From positions 185,380,001 through 185,444,000 of the forward strand of contig OZ024743.1 in assembly GCA_964016885.1 (NCBI GenBank): a stretch of 64,000 nt of DNA, written 5' to 3'. How positions within the stretch are numbered: position 1 is the first letter of the stretch; every line of letters begins with the position of its first letter. This DNA comes from Eledone cirrhosa. Taxonomy: Eukaryota. Both the position numbers and the translations under genes were made by a program. Positions 11,526-22,690 of the stretch are shown here, one piece after another. The notes under the pieces were generated by a model. It did not search any database and was not told the DNA's origin. It saw only the letters and a list, made by a program, of their open reading frames with translations.

Positions 11526-12339
11526 CCACGTTTTATAAGTGATTTTATTTCTATTTTGATGAATAAATCCATCATTTAAGGTCCGTTCTCTCCGCTAGCA
11601 AAGGTTTTCAGTTCGTTACAGGTCAGGTCAGTACGTAATTTGAGCTACTGACCACTCAGACGGACTGGTGGCCGCATCTCGCTTAAATACGTTACCACAC
11701 TCTATAGTGTCTCGCGTACATTTTTGTGGCAGGACTAGTGATTTTGTTATGTTTCTGACACAATTGAAGAGTCCTCTCAACCCTTTGTTTAACAGATTTT
11801 CTGCGGCTGGATGCCATTCCTATCACCAACCACTTTACAGAGTGTACTAGTTGTGTTTATGATGTCACCAACACTAAGAAGTTTGTCCGCTTGATGCAAT
11901 TGAAAAAGCCTCTCGACACTTTGTTTAGCATGGTTGCTACGTCTGGATACTCTTCCTATCACCAACCACCTTACAGGGTTATACTGGGTGGAGTGTTCGT
12001 GGCACCAACACTAGAGAGGTTGCTGTATCGGGATTGAAGAGTTTTCTCAACTCTTTGGCCTGGTTTCTACAACTCAAAACCTTTCATAACAACAATCATT
12101 TCACAGATTTTACTGGGTGTGTTTTATTGGGGCACTAGGGAGATTGCTAGTTATTGACTCGACTTAACTCCCTCTACCTTATGTTGGGGGAGGGAGTAGG
12201 AACTATGTCATGAGTGAGTGGTAATGAGTGGGGGATAAGTATGATTTCATAGTAGTACGACGGGTGTAGAAGAGGTGAGAAAGTATTTCATGGGCGTATG
12301 ATAGGTGTAGTGGGATTTGACATTATGATGAGAGGGATG

Positions 12340-12870
12340 GGAGTGATGATGCAAACAGTTACTAAGGAGTTATAGCTGGTGCTTTAGGATTTAAAGCTCT
12401 TACAAGATTACAAAGCAGGGTACTCTCAAAGGCCTTTTCTGGATCAACAAATGTTAAGTACAGATGCTTACTCTTAACCAAGTACTTCTGCAGTTGTCTT
12501 ACAAGGAAAGGGCTTTGGTAGTACCACTACCTGGCATAAAACCAAACTGCATCACAACTAATTTGATTTTGTCTCTAATTTTACTATAATTCAGTAACTT
12601 TCATGATCTGGTCTAATCCTCTTGTCTTGATCTAATACTCTCCTTTTACATACAACATATCTGTTGTACGTAAAAGGAGAGTAAGATTTGCTGGCCACTG
12701 CAATCGTGCCACTTCTGAGGCTGTGTCTCCACTAGTGCTTTAGAAACCACAAGCAGTCACTAATAACAGGGGGCACAAGCTCTCCTATCCCGTTGTCATC
12801 TCCAGAGATTCTGGTATTGAAATTCAGGACTTGGCAACAGCAATGAACGACAGACCCACGTGAAGATCAG
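12340..12870 (-). mobile_element. Highly degenerate RTE LINE remnant
   Basis: Reverse complement resembles the 3180 family (…gttttatgccaggtagtggtactacc; cccttt ccttgtaagacaactgcagaagtacttgg = LVRQLQ.KYL). Confidence 0.45.
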
Positions 12871-13626
12871 TTGTTGAGTTGATTTCGCTGAGGCAACTGG
12901 ATGATGGTTGTCTGCAGCTTGAGTATATACAGAGATTATAGTAGCTGTTTTACTACTGCTCAACTAATTATCTTATTACAAACCCTGATTAACTCAATTA
13001 TTTTGTACCCCCATTTTTCATCTAATAGTGTTCCCACATCACTCTCAATGTCACTGCTACCCAATCAGAATTTGTACTTGTGTTCCTGCCTGTGATGAAT
13101 TTGGCAAAGCCCTACCTTCCTCGCTCTCACTTCTTGTACATAGCATATATACACTTATCTCTGCTCTATACCATCTTCACAACCTCACCAGACCTACTCT
13201 TCATTGTGCTGACAATTATAGTAACAATTGATTTTCAATATAGTCAAGATTTTGGAGGGGTTTAGTAAAATATCTATAACTTAATATATATTGGTATTAT
13301 ATTGTTGGCATTAATCAACTGAATTTGAAATTTAGATACAAACTCTTTAGTATGGGATGTCTTAAATAGATTACAACTATTGGTTTAATTGAAGGGTTGT
13401 TTGTAGTGTAATGAATTTTGATTCGATTCAGTATAACTACATTTTACAGAGTGTACTGGGTGCATTTTAATGTGACATCAGCACTAAAGAGGTTATCATG
13501 TTTTTGACATAACTAAAAAGTCTTCTTGGCCCTTTGGATTAAATTATATTCAGTATTTTCAATTTATTGAGTATTTTTATCTTTTAGTTATTAAATATTA
13601 TTTCAAAATCTGATTCCGTCTTGCAG

Positions 13627-13838
13627 ATGACTGAAGACAGTGCAGGGGTGATAACAGTCACCTGTGGAAATTTGGTTGGTAAACTTCACATGGAGAAATT
13701 CATTTGTCCTGGCATTCACCGGGAATGTATAGAATTTGAAGGCCGTTTTATCTCGCCAAAACTTTTTTCTGTCATGGGAGAGAAAGAAAAGTTAAAAGAT
13801 TGGAAAAATGCTGTTCGAATGAATGGTATCCAACTTAG
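13627..13838 (+). CDS. GMEB: GMEB-like SAND-domain transcription factor, coding exon 1 (SAND/KDWK domain)
   Basis: Acceptor ttgcag|ATG; translation ITVTCG..GKL..EKFICPGI..ECI..FISPK.F...GEKEKLKDWKNAVRMNGIQL; donor AG|gtatt (phase 2). Confidence 0.92.
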
Positions 13839-14467
13839 GTATTTCATCTTTTTTTTTTTTTTCCACCAAATGTTTTATAACAGTTTGGAACTGTCAGTAT
13901 AGCAAAAATGCAAAACATTCCACAAAATTTAAAGATATATGATTTGTTAAAATTATGAAGCTTCATTTTTTTTATGTAGGGGGAAGATATTGGAAAATTC
14001 TAGCCTGTTTGTCTATAATTTGTGGTGTTTTATTCTAGAAATTTAATGATACATGCTATACTTAATATACTAAATATCATTGTTATCACTTTGACATTCC
14101 ATGTCAGATGCTAAAAAGTAAGATATTTGTTGTATATTTAGTTGTTCCTGAAAGATTTAGTAATGGCATTGTTGTTTGTTTATTTTTTTCTGAAAAAAAA
14201 AAAGATTTATTAAATGCATATTGGTTGAATAATTAAGTTACTGTACTGTGATTCTTAAGTCATGTTTTAATCAAACTCCACCACAATTATTGTATTGTGT
14301 TCTTGTGTCAAATCCTTTAACTTTTTATGATATCAAATGGATTACATGATATTGAAATAATTAAAATAGTTGCTTGAAAAAACTGACAAGAATTTTTATA
14401 TAACCACTTGGCCTGTTCAATGTAGGAGTTATGTCTCTTTAATAAACTCATTATTTTTTTAAAATAG

Positions 14468-14652
14468 GGCGGTGGATTGGCAGTATCGGTAGAGGGTCGG
14501 ACGCCATGCTTTCCAGCATAGTTACGTCCCTTTACGATCTGAGTTCAAATCCCGCCGAGGTTGACTTTGCCTTTCATCCTTAAGGGTCGATAAAATAAAG
14601 TACCAGTAATGTACTGGATAATTGCTGGCCTTGTGCCTAAAGTAGAAACAAT
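14468..14652 (+). mobile_element. Full-length tRNA-derived SINE
   Basis: A box (tggcagtatcgg), B box (gagttcaaatcc), core gaggttgactttgcctttcatcc..gtcgataaaataaagtaccag, AT-rich tail. Partial copies at 17378-17480, 19405-19505, 29075-29180, 39770-39950(-), 40300-40375(-) and 42520-42665. Confidence 0.8.
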
Positions 14653-16977
14653 TATTTTTTTAAAATTTGGCTTGCATCCATTTGATACCTACCCACATGA
14701 AACTACTCTAAGTTCTATGATATAAAATTGCCCATTTTAAAGTTTTCATACTTATATTAAAACGTTCCAACATCATTTCATGCAAGGAATGTTTAAATAT
14801 TGCTCCAAACATCAACTTACTAATAAAAAATTAATTATTTCATGTTGAAATATCATGTTGTATAGTCCATCCCATATTGTAGAGGCAGCAACACCAATAA
14901 CTAAGATTTTTTTCTCGCTACTAAGTTGATACCACAGTATTTTCAATCGCAATACAGTTAAGCCCTCATTCACTCCACTCCTGATTTAGCTCAGAATATT
15001 GCTTGATCTAACATAATTAAGATAAATGAACACTGTAGACATAAAATACTAATACGATAAGACCATTTAGATGCAACTCTGTAGTTTCCAATGACAGTCA
15101 TCTCAACAAAAGAATAAAATAGCAATGTACTCTAAAGTTTAACTCTGCAGATAAGGTTTACATTGGTGTAATTGTGAACATTCTATCTGGGCACCAGCAT
15201 GAAAAATGTCACTGCACTATCTGCTTACATATGGCAACTTAACCTTTTAGCATTTAAACCGGCTGTATCCGGCCAGAATCCTTTCACCTCTTTCTGTTCA
15301 AACCGGCTGTAACCGGCCACTCATACTGGTGTTAAGGTATTGTTCTCAAAATAACTAATATCAAAATCTCATAGATTCAATATTATGTGAAGTAAAGCCT
15401 TTACCGTGAAAATACAATAGTAAATATAGAGTAATGTAAATGTTAAAGGGTTAAAGAGAGCCAGCAAAAATATCAACTCAGTGGAAGTGCTTAGCAAGAG
15501 CTGTACTGTATATAGGTAACAGAATGCCATGTGATCTCTATATAAGAAGCCATCCAAATTCGTTTTATTTATAGCAGCCTATTAGATAGAAACTCAGAGA
15601 AAGTAACATACAGTTACAAAATATACATTACATCTCTAAATTATAGACCTGTGTTGGATGCTAATGGATAGAGCCCAGATCTAATTAGTACAGCAGTTTG
15701 GTATCAAAATAGACACCAGCCCACAACACACCTGGAACCCCATTTGGGTGGATGAATATACATCATTACCCATCTACTTCAAGAACTAATTATGAGTAAA
15801 AGGGAATATATATATATACATAATCATCGTCATCTGTGAAGGTGTGTGGGTTAGAGTGTTGGCTGCATAATTGTGAGGCTGTAAGTGATTCTTGGACCGG
15901 GCTCTACTTTACTCAGCTGTAGAAATGAGTTGTGACTGGTGCCAAACTGTATCAGCCTTTGCCTTTCCTTTGGACACACAGTGGCATGGAGAGGGGAGAC
16001 TTGTATGCATGGGCGACTGCTGGTCTTCCACAAAACATGTTGTCCAGTCTTCTGCCTCAGAGAGAAACTTCCTAGGTGTGAAACCCATGGTGATTTGTGA
16101 CTGAAGGGGGTCTTTACTCCTTTTTTTATCATCATCATCATCACCATTTAACATCTATTTTCCCTGCCTGCATGGGTCAGACGGGCTGTTATGTTATGAA
16201 GACTGACAAGTCAGTGACCACGTCTTAGTTATATGCTCCGTTTTGGGGGGTTTTTTTTTACGGCTGGATGCTCTTCCTAATGGCAAACACATATAGTGGA
16301 CTGGGTACTTTTTTCATGGACCCAAGTACTACCACCTTATAGTGTAGAGTGATTGATTTTTGTTGTGACCTTTAAAAAAATATTTCTTTATAGATTCATT
16401 AGTTACAAATCAGTATTTCTATATTTTTGCAAAATCTTTTAAATATTAAACATAGCTAAATCATTTATTTATTAATTAACACTAAATCATTAATTAATTA
16501 ATTACCTAATGAGTAATGTGAGTGTGCATGTGTATTTTACAAAATCATTCATAAAAAGAAATAATACAGAACTAGGCCTAAGCCCAATTGGAAATCATTA
16601 ATAGGTAAAATATACTTAATAATTTGGAAGTGTGAGAATCTCAAATGCAGAAAATAACTGTATTAAGTCAATCACTATGGACAATAGCTGAGAAAATCAA
16701 GTAAAATACCCTTAGAGATAGAAAAAATTGGTTAGATGTACTCAACCAAAGTCTATTGAAAGTTTACAAAACGATTTGCCAGGAAACACCCACCAAGTTG
16801 TTTAATGGATTCAGTTGGTAAACCATATACTTCCATCAAGCTTGCAACTCTTCTTTGCTCCAGTGATAATCTGTCACTCATGGGGTGTGTCTATCTGAAA
16901 AAGAAAAATAATCCATTAGTGTTAACATAATAATGATAACATGGTTTTGACTAACCCTGTATATATATATATATATA

Positions 16978-17372
16978 TTTATTAAAATAACAGATTAAAG
17001 TTTAAGCAAAGAATTGCTGCTTTCACCCTTAACGGGATCTTCTGAAACTAAAAAGTCAATCTGTGAACGCAGAAGTAAATATTTCAAAACGATGCAACCG
17101 AAGGAAGACAGGAAGACGATACTTTGGTTCGTGGAAACGTTCCCTGGAAAAGAACGGAACAAAGCGAAGATAATACGTCATAATTTGGTGCTGTGAAAAC
17201 AATTACACGCAAAGACAAAGAAGATCCCGTTAAGGGTGAAAGCAGCGATTCTTTGCTTAAACTTTAATCTGTTATTTTAATAAATATTTGCTCTATGGTT
17301 CTTATATATCTGATATATATTTATCCTTATCAAGCCCTCTTTGGATTTTAGTCTTCAAATTTATTATTATTA
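16978..17372. mobile_element. Penelope-like inverted non-coding element in (TA)n
   Basis: 16978-17042 is the reverse complement of 17221-17287. The left arm carries a full hammerhead fold on the - strand. Confidence 0.75.
16990..17064 (-). ncRNA. Type I hammerhead ribozyme fold with non-canonical CAGAAGA core
   Basis: acagattga-cttttt-agttt CAGAAGA t-ccc-gttaa-ggg-t GAAA gcag..ttgc UU aaact-ttaatctgt. All three helices pair, including distal helix I. Confidence 0.65.
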
Positions 17373-17504
17373 CTATTCGCCGAGGTTGAGTTTGCCTTTC
17401 ATCCTTACGGGGGTCGATAAAATAAAGTACCAGTAATGCACTGGGTTATTGCTGGCCTTGTGCCTAAAGTAGAAACAATCATTATTATTATTATTATATA
17501 TATA

Positions 17505-18020
17505 TAATCAGGAACTGATTATACCGAGCGGTTGCCGGTCCAGCAAAAATTGAAAATTAGAATGGTGTTCTGAAATAGCGATATATATATATATAGTGTA
17601 TCTTGCAATACACTGTATGCTTAATTAAGTGCATTTTGAAGACCTTACGCTATTGTTTTAAATGCAAAATACACTATATATACATTCATATATATATATT
17701 GCTATTTCAGAGCACCAATTCTAATTTTCAATTTTTGCTGGACCGGCAACCACTCTGTATAATCAGTTCCTGATTATTACTGGAATTCTATAAGAATCCA
17801 ACATTCATAATTTTCAGCAAACAGGAGGAGTGGTGAGCTTTGATAAGTACCAACAAGTACGAAACAGAGCTCCGTCAGCTTATCTCCCCTTGTTTGCTGA
17901 AAATTTAAGTAAGTGACATTGTCGCTACTTTAAAACACTAGCGTAAGGTCTTCAAAATGCTTTTAATTAAGCATACAGTGTATTGCAAAATACACTATAT
18001 ATACATTCATATATATATAT
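17505..18020. mobile_element. Permuted/inverted non-coding Penelope-like (retrozyme-like) element in (TA)n
   Basis: 17506-17580 is the reverse complement of 17700-17775, and 17593-17652 of 17939-17998. gcaaaatacactatatatacattcata is directly repeated (17664, 17985). Confidence 0.75.
17809..17905 (+). ncRNA. Minimal type I hammerhead ribozyme, U3-A8 covariant core, palindromic loop III
   Basis: ggtgagct TTGATAA gtac-caacaa-gtac GAAAC agagctcc GTC agcttatc. Helix I is extended by aattttcagcaaacaggaggag / ctccccttgtttgctgaaaatt. Confidence 0.8.
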
Positions 18021-18079
18021 CATCATCATCATTATCATCATCTATATATATATATATATATATCATATATATATATATA

Positions 18080-18652
18080 ATCTATGTAAAAGGTAAACAG
18101 AAATAACAACACAATCGGTACAGTATATGGAAGGAATATATTAGGTTAACGCTTGAAATAGCAGAAAGAGGGTCTTAACGTTTCGGATGCTAGTCTTTCA
18201 TCAGAAGAAAGACTGAGAAATAAAATGGATTGAAGGGATGGGCGGGGTGGAATTGGAAAAAAATGTCTTTAGATAAAAATAACAATATTAAGTCAAAAGT
18301 AGCAGATATATATGTATATATATATAGAGAGAGAGAAAGAACCATATAATCCAGTGAAGACACAGTATATTGTACATATACTAAATACATATTACAGAGA
18401 AGAACATGTATTCAAGATGGAATCAAAAGAGACCTTATGGCGCCATTTCTGTAAAATGGCGCCATAAACTGTAAACTGTGATTTAAAATTGATCTATGTA
18501 AATGGATATCGATCACAAAGTATCGATTAAGATTAAACCATCTTGAATACATGTTCTTCTCTGTAATATTTATTTAGTATATGTACAATACACTGTGTCT
18601 TCTCTGGATATATGGTTCTTTCTCTCTCTATATATATATACATATATCTGCT

Positions 18653-18657
<5 letters not shown>
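18080..18657. mobile_element. Penelope-like fragment with inverted arms and minimal hammerhead on the - strand
   Basis: 18297-18420 is the reverse complement of 18538-18657. The - strand at 18208-18173 reads tctt CTGATGA aagactagcatcc GAAACGTT aaga. TA repeats on both sides. Confidence 0.7.
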
Positions 18658-18697
<40 letters not shown>

Positions 18698-18702
<5 letters not shown>

Positions 18703-18900
18703 AAAAGAGTCAGGACCGCAACCGCTGAGCTTTGGCTGTTTCGACAGCTAGATCCGAACTCGGATCTAGCTGTCGAAATGGCCGGGGCTCAGCCGTCGGG
18801 GTCCTGACTCTTTTCCTATTACCCACACTACTACCCTAAGTATCGAGTACTCTGGTGCATTATGGTCCACCTGGTTTCTTACCACACTTTCTTTGTTATA
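18698..18900. repeat. ~120-bp near-perfect palindrome plus tail between (TA)n tracts
   Basis: ataggaaaagagtcaggacc...tttcgacagctagatccga ac tcggatctagctgtcgaaa...ggtcctgactcttttcctat. Confidence 0.85.
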
Positions 18901-18951
18901 TATATATATGTATTTATAATGTTTATATATATACATCTTTATTCTGTTCAG

Positions 18952-19286
18952 GAAATACATTGAATCTGGACAGTTGGATTTTACTAATCACCAAGAGATG
19001 TGTACTGGTCGCTGTGTATCACGAGCACCATTAAAGACAGTGGTATTTGACGATGGTACTTTGGCCCCAATCTCAACTCTGCTGGCAGGGACTGGGATTA
19101 GCATTAAAGAAAATAGTTACCTATATGAAACTGAACAAAATTCTGTAAAAAATGTAGAACTTTTTGGAAGTCAACATACATATATTAACCAATCTCTACA
19201 CCAAGAAGATCCTGATGTAAAACCAAGTGTGCAAATTCTGCATCGAGCTGTGATGTTTGAAAACACTGAAGAACAACAACCTGATG
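18952..19286 (+). CDS. GMEB: GMEB-like gene coding exon 2
   Basis: Acceptor gttcag|G restores R-KYIESGQLDFTNHQEMCTGRC (the GMEB post-SAND Zn-binding motif); donor G|gtatgt (phase 1). Confidence 0.88.
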
Positions 19287-19509
19287 GTATGTCATGTTTG
19301 ATTTATTACCAGCTAACAACATTTTTCTTCCTTTCCTTAAAAAAATCCACTACAGAACATATTCAATCTTGTTTTTTCTAAGCTCTGCTTTATTTAGGCT
19401 GAAAATTGGCAGAGTTAGATAGATGGATAGAATGCTTTGCAGTATTCATTCCGTCTCTCTGAGTTCAAATCCCACTGAGGTCAACTTTGCCTTCCATCCT
19501 TTCAGTCCA

Positions 19510-20010
19510 GTCTTCTCTCTTGCACACTACTTCTGATTCTTCTTAAACCCAGTTTCTCCATCAGTCCATCCATGCTCTGTTCTTCTCTCACATTAACATT
19601 TCACATCCACTGAAGCATGCTTGCTTGATTTCTTTCCAGCCTACACATATCCTCTGCAATCATTGCTTATGTTTCACTACTGTGCAGTGTCACACTTCCC
19701 ACATAGTCATCATACAGCTGTCCTTTCATTCGTTGGGAGAAACCTTTTGATGTCAACACAGATAGTAACTCTCTAAATTTTTTCCATCCTATCCTTATTC
19801 TCGCTATTATACTCTAGGAGCACCTTCTTCCTCTCTAGTTAGATCACCTAGGTAGCAGACGCTATCAGCCACTTCTGTGAGTCCTTCATGTGATTGAAAA
19901 AGGATTATATCTCTAACCCTCTTATTATTGATTACTCCTCTACATCTATTACATACAAAGTTTTCCTTTCCTGTTAGTCTGCCTGATATCCTACTACATC
20001 TCTTGTGTAC
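19510..20010 (-). mobile_element. Degenerate RTE LINE fragment (family of 3180-4623)
   Basis: Reverse complement has ctgctacctaggtgatctaact (CYLGD) and ggatggaaaaaatttagagag (GWKKFRE). Confidence 0.7.
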
Positions 20011-20164
20011 AAAATTTTTAAAGTTTGCTTTTGTTTTGTTTTAATGTTTTATTCAAATCTTTTATGAATTTTTTAATTTGGTTTGTCATACCATCCTGAG
20101 TGTGATATTTTACTTTTTCTAAATTTTAATACTGTACAAGCATAGCTTCTCTTCTTTTTCACCC

Positions 20165-22690
20165 ACATATTCTTGAGAGGGTTGTTGGGGTAGAGTCCTC
20201 AAACACTCCTTTCAGTGAGTCTTGTCAGAAGTAACCATCTCCAACTGATTCAACTGGATCCCCAAGTGAGACCAGCCAAGTTCATGGATGTTATCCAACC
20301 ATCTTGCTCAGAGTCTGCCCCTGGGTCTTCTGCCTGTTGTTTTCGCCTCTAAAATCTGTCCAGCTATTCTTTCCTGAGACATTCTAACTACATGCCCATT
20401 GTATTAGAGTTGTGATCTCTCAATTCGGAGAAGTAGCGGCTTTACCAGGAGTGACTTTCTGATCTCTAAGCTATGCACTCTATCGAGTAACATTACTCCA
20501 AAGATCCTTCAGAGGAACCCTGTTTTGGCCACTTGTATTTGCATCATTACCCAAAATTCATGACCATAGGTGAGAGGTTGGCACAAATATCAAATTGAAG
20601 ATAGCAAGTTTGGCTTTTATACGCATTACTGCACCAGCTCCAGTAATTCTTGTTCATGAATGATGGAAAGCAGGAGGCTGAATTATTCAGTCTCCTGCTT
20701 TCCATCACTTATGAACATGGCCTCCGAGATACTTGAACTTCTTTACCTGCTTCAGTGCAACACCGTACACATGTAGAGTGTACTACACAGGCTTCCATGT
20801 GATGATGAGTGTCTCAGCTTTTGTAGTACTGATTTTCATTCCTGCCATGCTGCACTCGGCATCAAACCTATCAAGTGTAAGTTGGAGATCATCTTCTGTC
20901 GAGTTAAGTAACAGTATGTCGTCTGCAAACTCCAGCCGACTGATTTTGCATCTGCCAATGGTGATACCACTTCCATCCCGCATGTCAATCCTGTTCATGA
21001 AAATAATGAACAGGAGAGGTGACAGTGCGCACCCATAGCAGAGTCTGACTCCCACATTGAATGGTTTCGATTTTTCACTATTTATCTGAACACAGATACT
21101 CGAGCATTCGTATAGAGACATCAGAGCAACAAGAAACTGACCATTGACCCCATACTCCTGCAGAACCTTCCACAGCAGTGATATGCCTTTTTGAGGTCTA
21201 TAAAGCAAGAATGTACCTCTTTACAATATTCCTACAATTTCTCAAAGAACTGCCGCAGTGTGAATATTTTGTTGGCTGGGTTGCATCTGGAGCAAAAGCC
21301 ACACTGTTCATCAGCTAGCTTGGCCTTAATCTCCGTGCATCTCTTTGACACTTAGCATAGACTTTACTGGGGAGGCTTAACAAAGAGATCCCTCTATAAT
21401 TGAAGCAATCTCTCTTGTCTCTCTTTTGAAAATTGGGATTATCACTCCTGTTTGCCATTGTTTAGGTGCCTTTCCAGAGATCCAGGCCACCCGGCACACA
21501 TGAGTCAGCCAGAGAATACCTTCTCTATTTAAGACTTTCAACATCTCAGGCTGAATTTTATCTTTCCTGGCAGTCTTGCCACATTTGAGCTCTTTAACTG
21601 CTCTTGTGATCTCAGCCCCTCAGAGATTAGTCACTGCTCCCAGATGCACCTCGTGTATATCAGAAGATGCTGTTGTGATCAGGTTTAGAAGATCAGTAAA
21701 ATATTCTCTCCACCTCACGAGGATGCATCTCCCTGAAGAGAGGAGAACCCCTGATGTGTTCCTGATAGCATGTGTGGAGGATGATTTCTTTTTATGAAGA
21801 TGCTGGATGGTCTGCCAAAACACTTTATTTGCTAATCTGAAGTCAGATTCCAGCTTAACCCCAAATTCCTCCCATGTCTTAACTTTGGACACGTTTACTG
21901 TCTCTGCTGCAATTCTTTGTGCCTGCTTGTACCACAAGTGCAAGAAGGAGGACTTATTTGCAAGTCAAGTTTGTAGGCCTCCTTTGTTCAGATAGCATCT
22001 TTGACTTCTTGATTGAACCAATGGATCCGCCTGCCATCCGGCGCCACACCAAACCTCTTTCGATCACAGCATTTAACAGCTGAAGTAGAAACTGCTGAAC
22101 AATCTCCATTCTGTCTCAACATCTGCAGTGTGCTCAGGGAGTTTTCTGAATTTGGATGCAATAGTATCTGCAATACTTCGTCCTGATTTCCTTATCCACC
22201 AACACTTCCCACATTATCCTATAGGTCGGCCTGAACCTGCCAGTTTTGTGGGTTTCTTTGGCTTTAGGTAGTTTCATGTTGTAGATAACTAGATGGTGAT
22301 CAGTTGACAGCTCTGCCCCTCTCTTAACATGAACATCCAGCACAGAATCAAAGAGATCAGAGACAATAACAAAATCAATTATTGATCTCTGTCCCTGATA
22401 CCCCTTATGCCATGTATATTTATGGGTGTCTCTCTGCTGGAAGGTGTTCATAATAGAGAGCCTATTGCTAGAACAGAAGTCTAATAAGGCCTCTCCATTC
22501 ATATTTAGACCAGGGTAGCCTTTCCTTCCAATCACTCTTTTCCATGTTGGGTGGTCAGTGCCAACATGTGCATTGAAGTCTATCATTAGGATACATGACT
22601 CAGTCTTAACTACATCTAACGCTGCAAGGACTTCATCAAGGAAGTATTTGTATTCAGACTCCTTGTTTGGTGCATAAACTTAACGCCAGG
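20165..22690 (-). pseudogene. Degenerate RTE LINE ORF (APE endonuclease + RT)
   Basis: DFNAHVG, IDFVIVS and STDHHLV (APE); RWREYFTDLLN; GCALSPLLF and LEFADD (RT). Multiple stops and frameshifts. Confidence 0.88.

Noticed and set aside
14468-14545. tRNA gene
   Set aside because: It has A/B boxes but no cloverleaf and continues into a dispersed SINE body.
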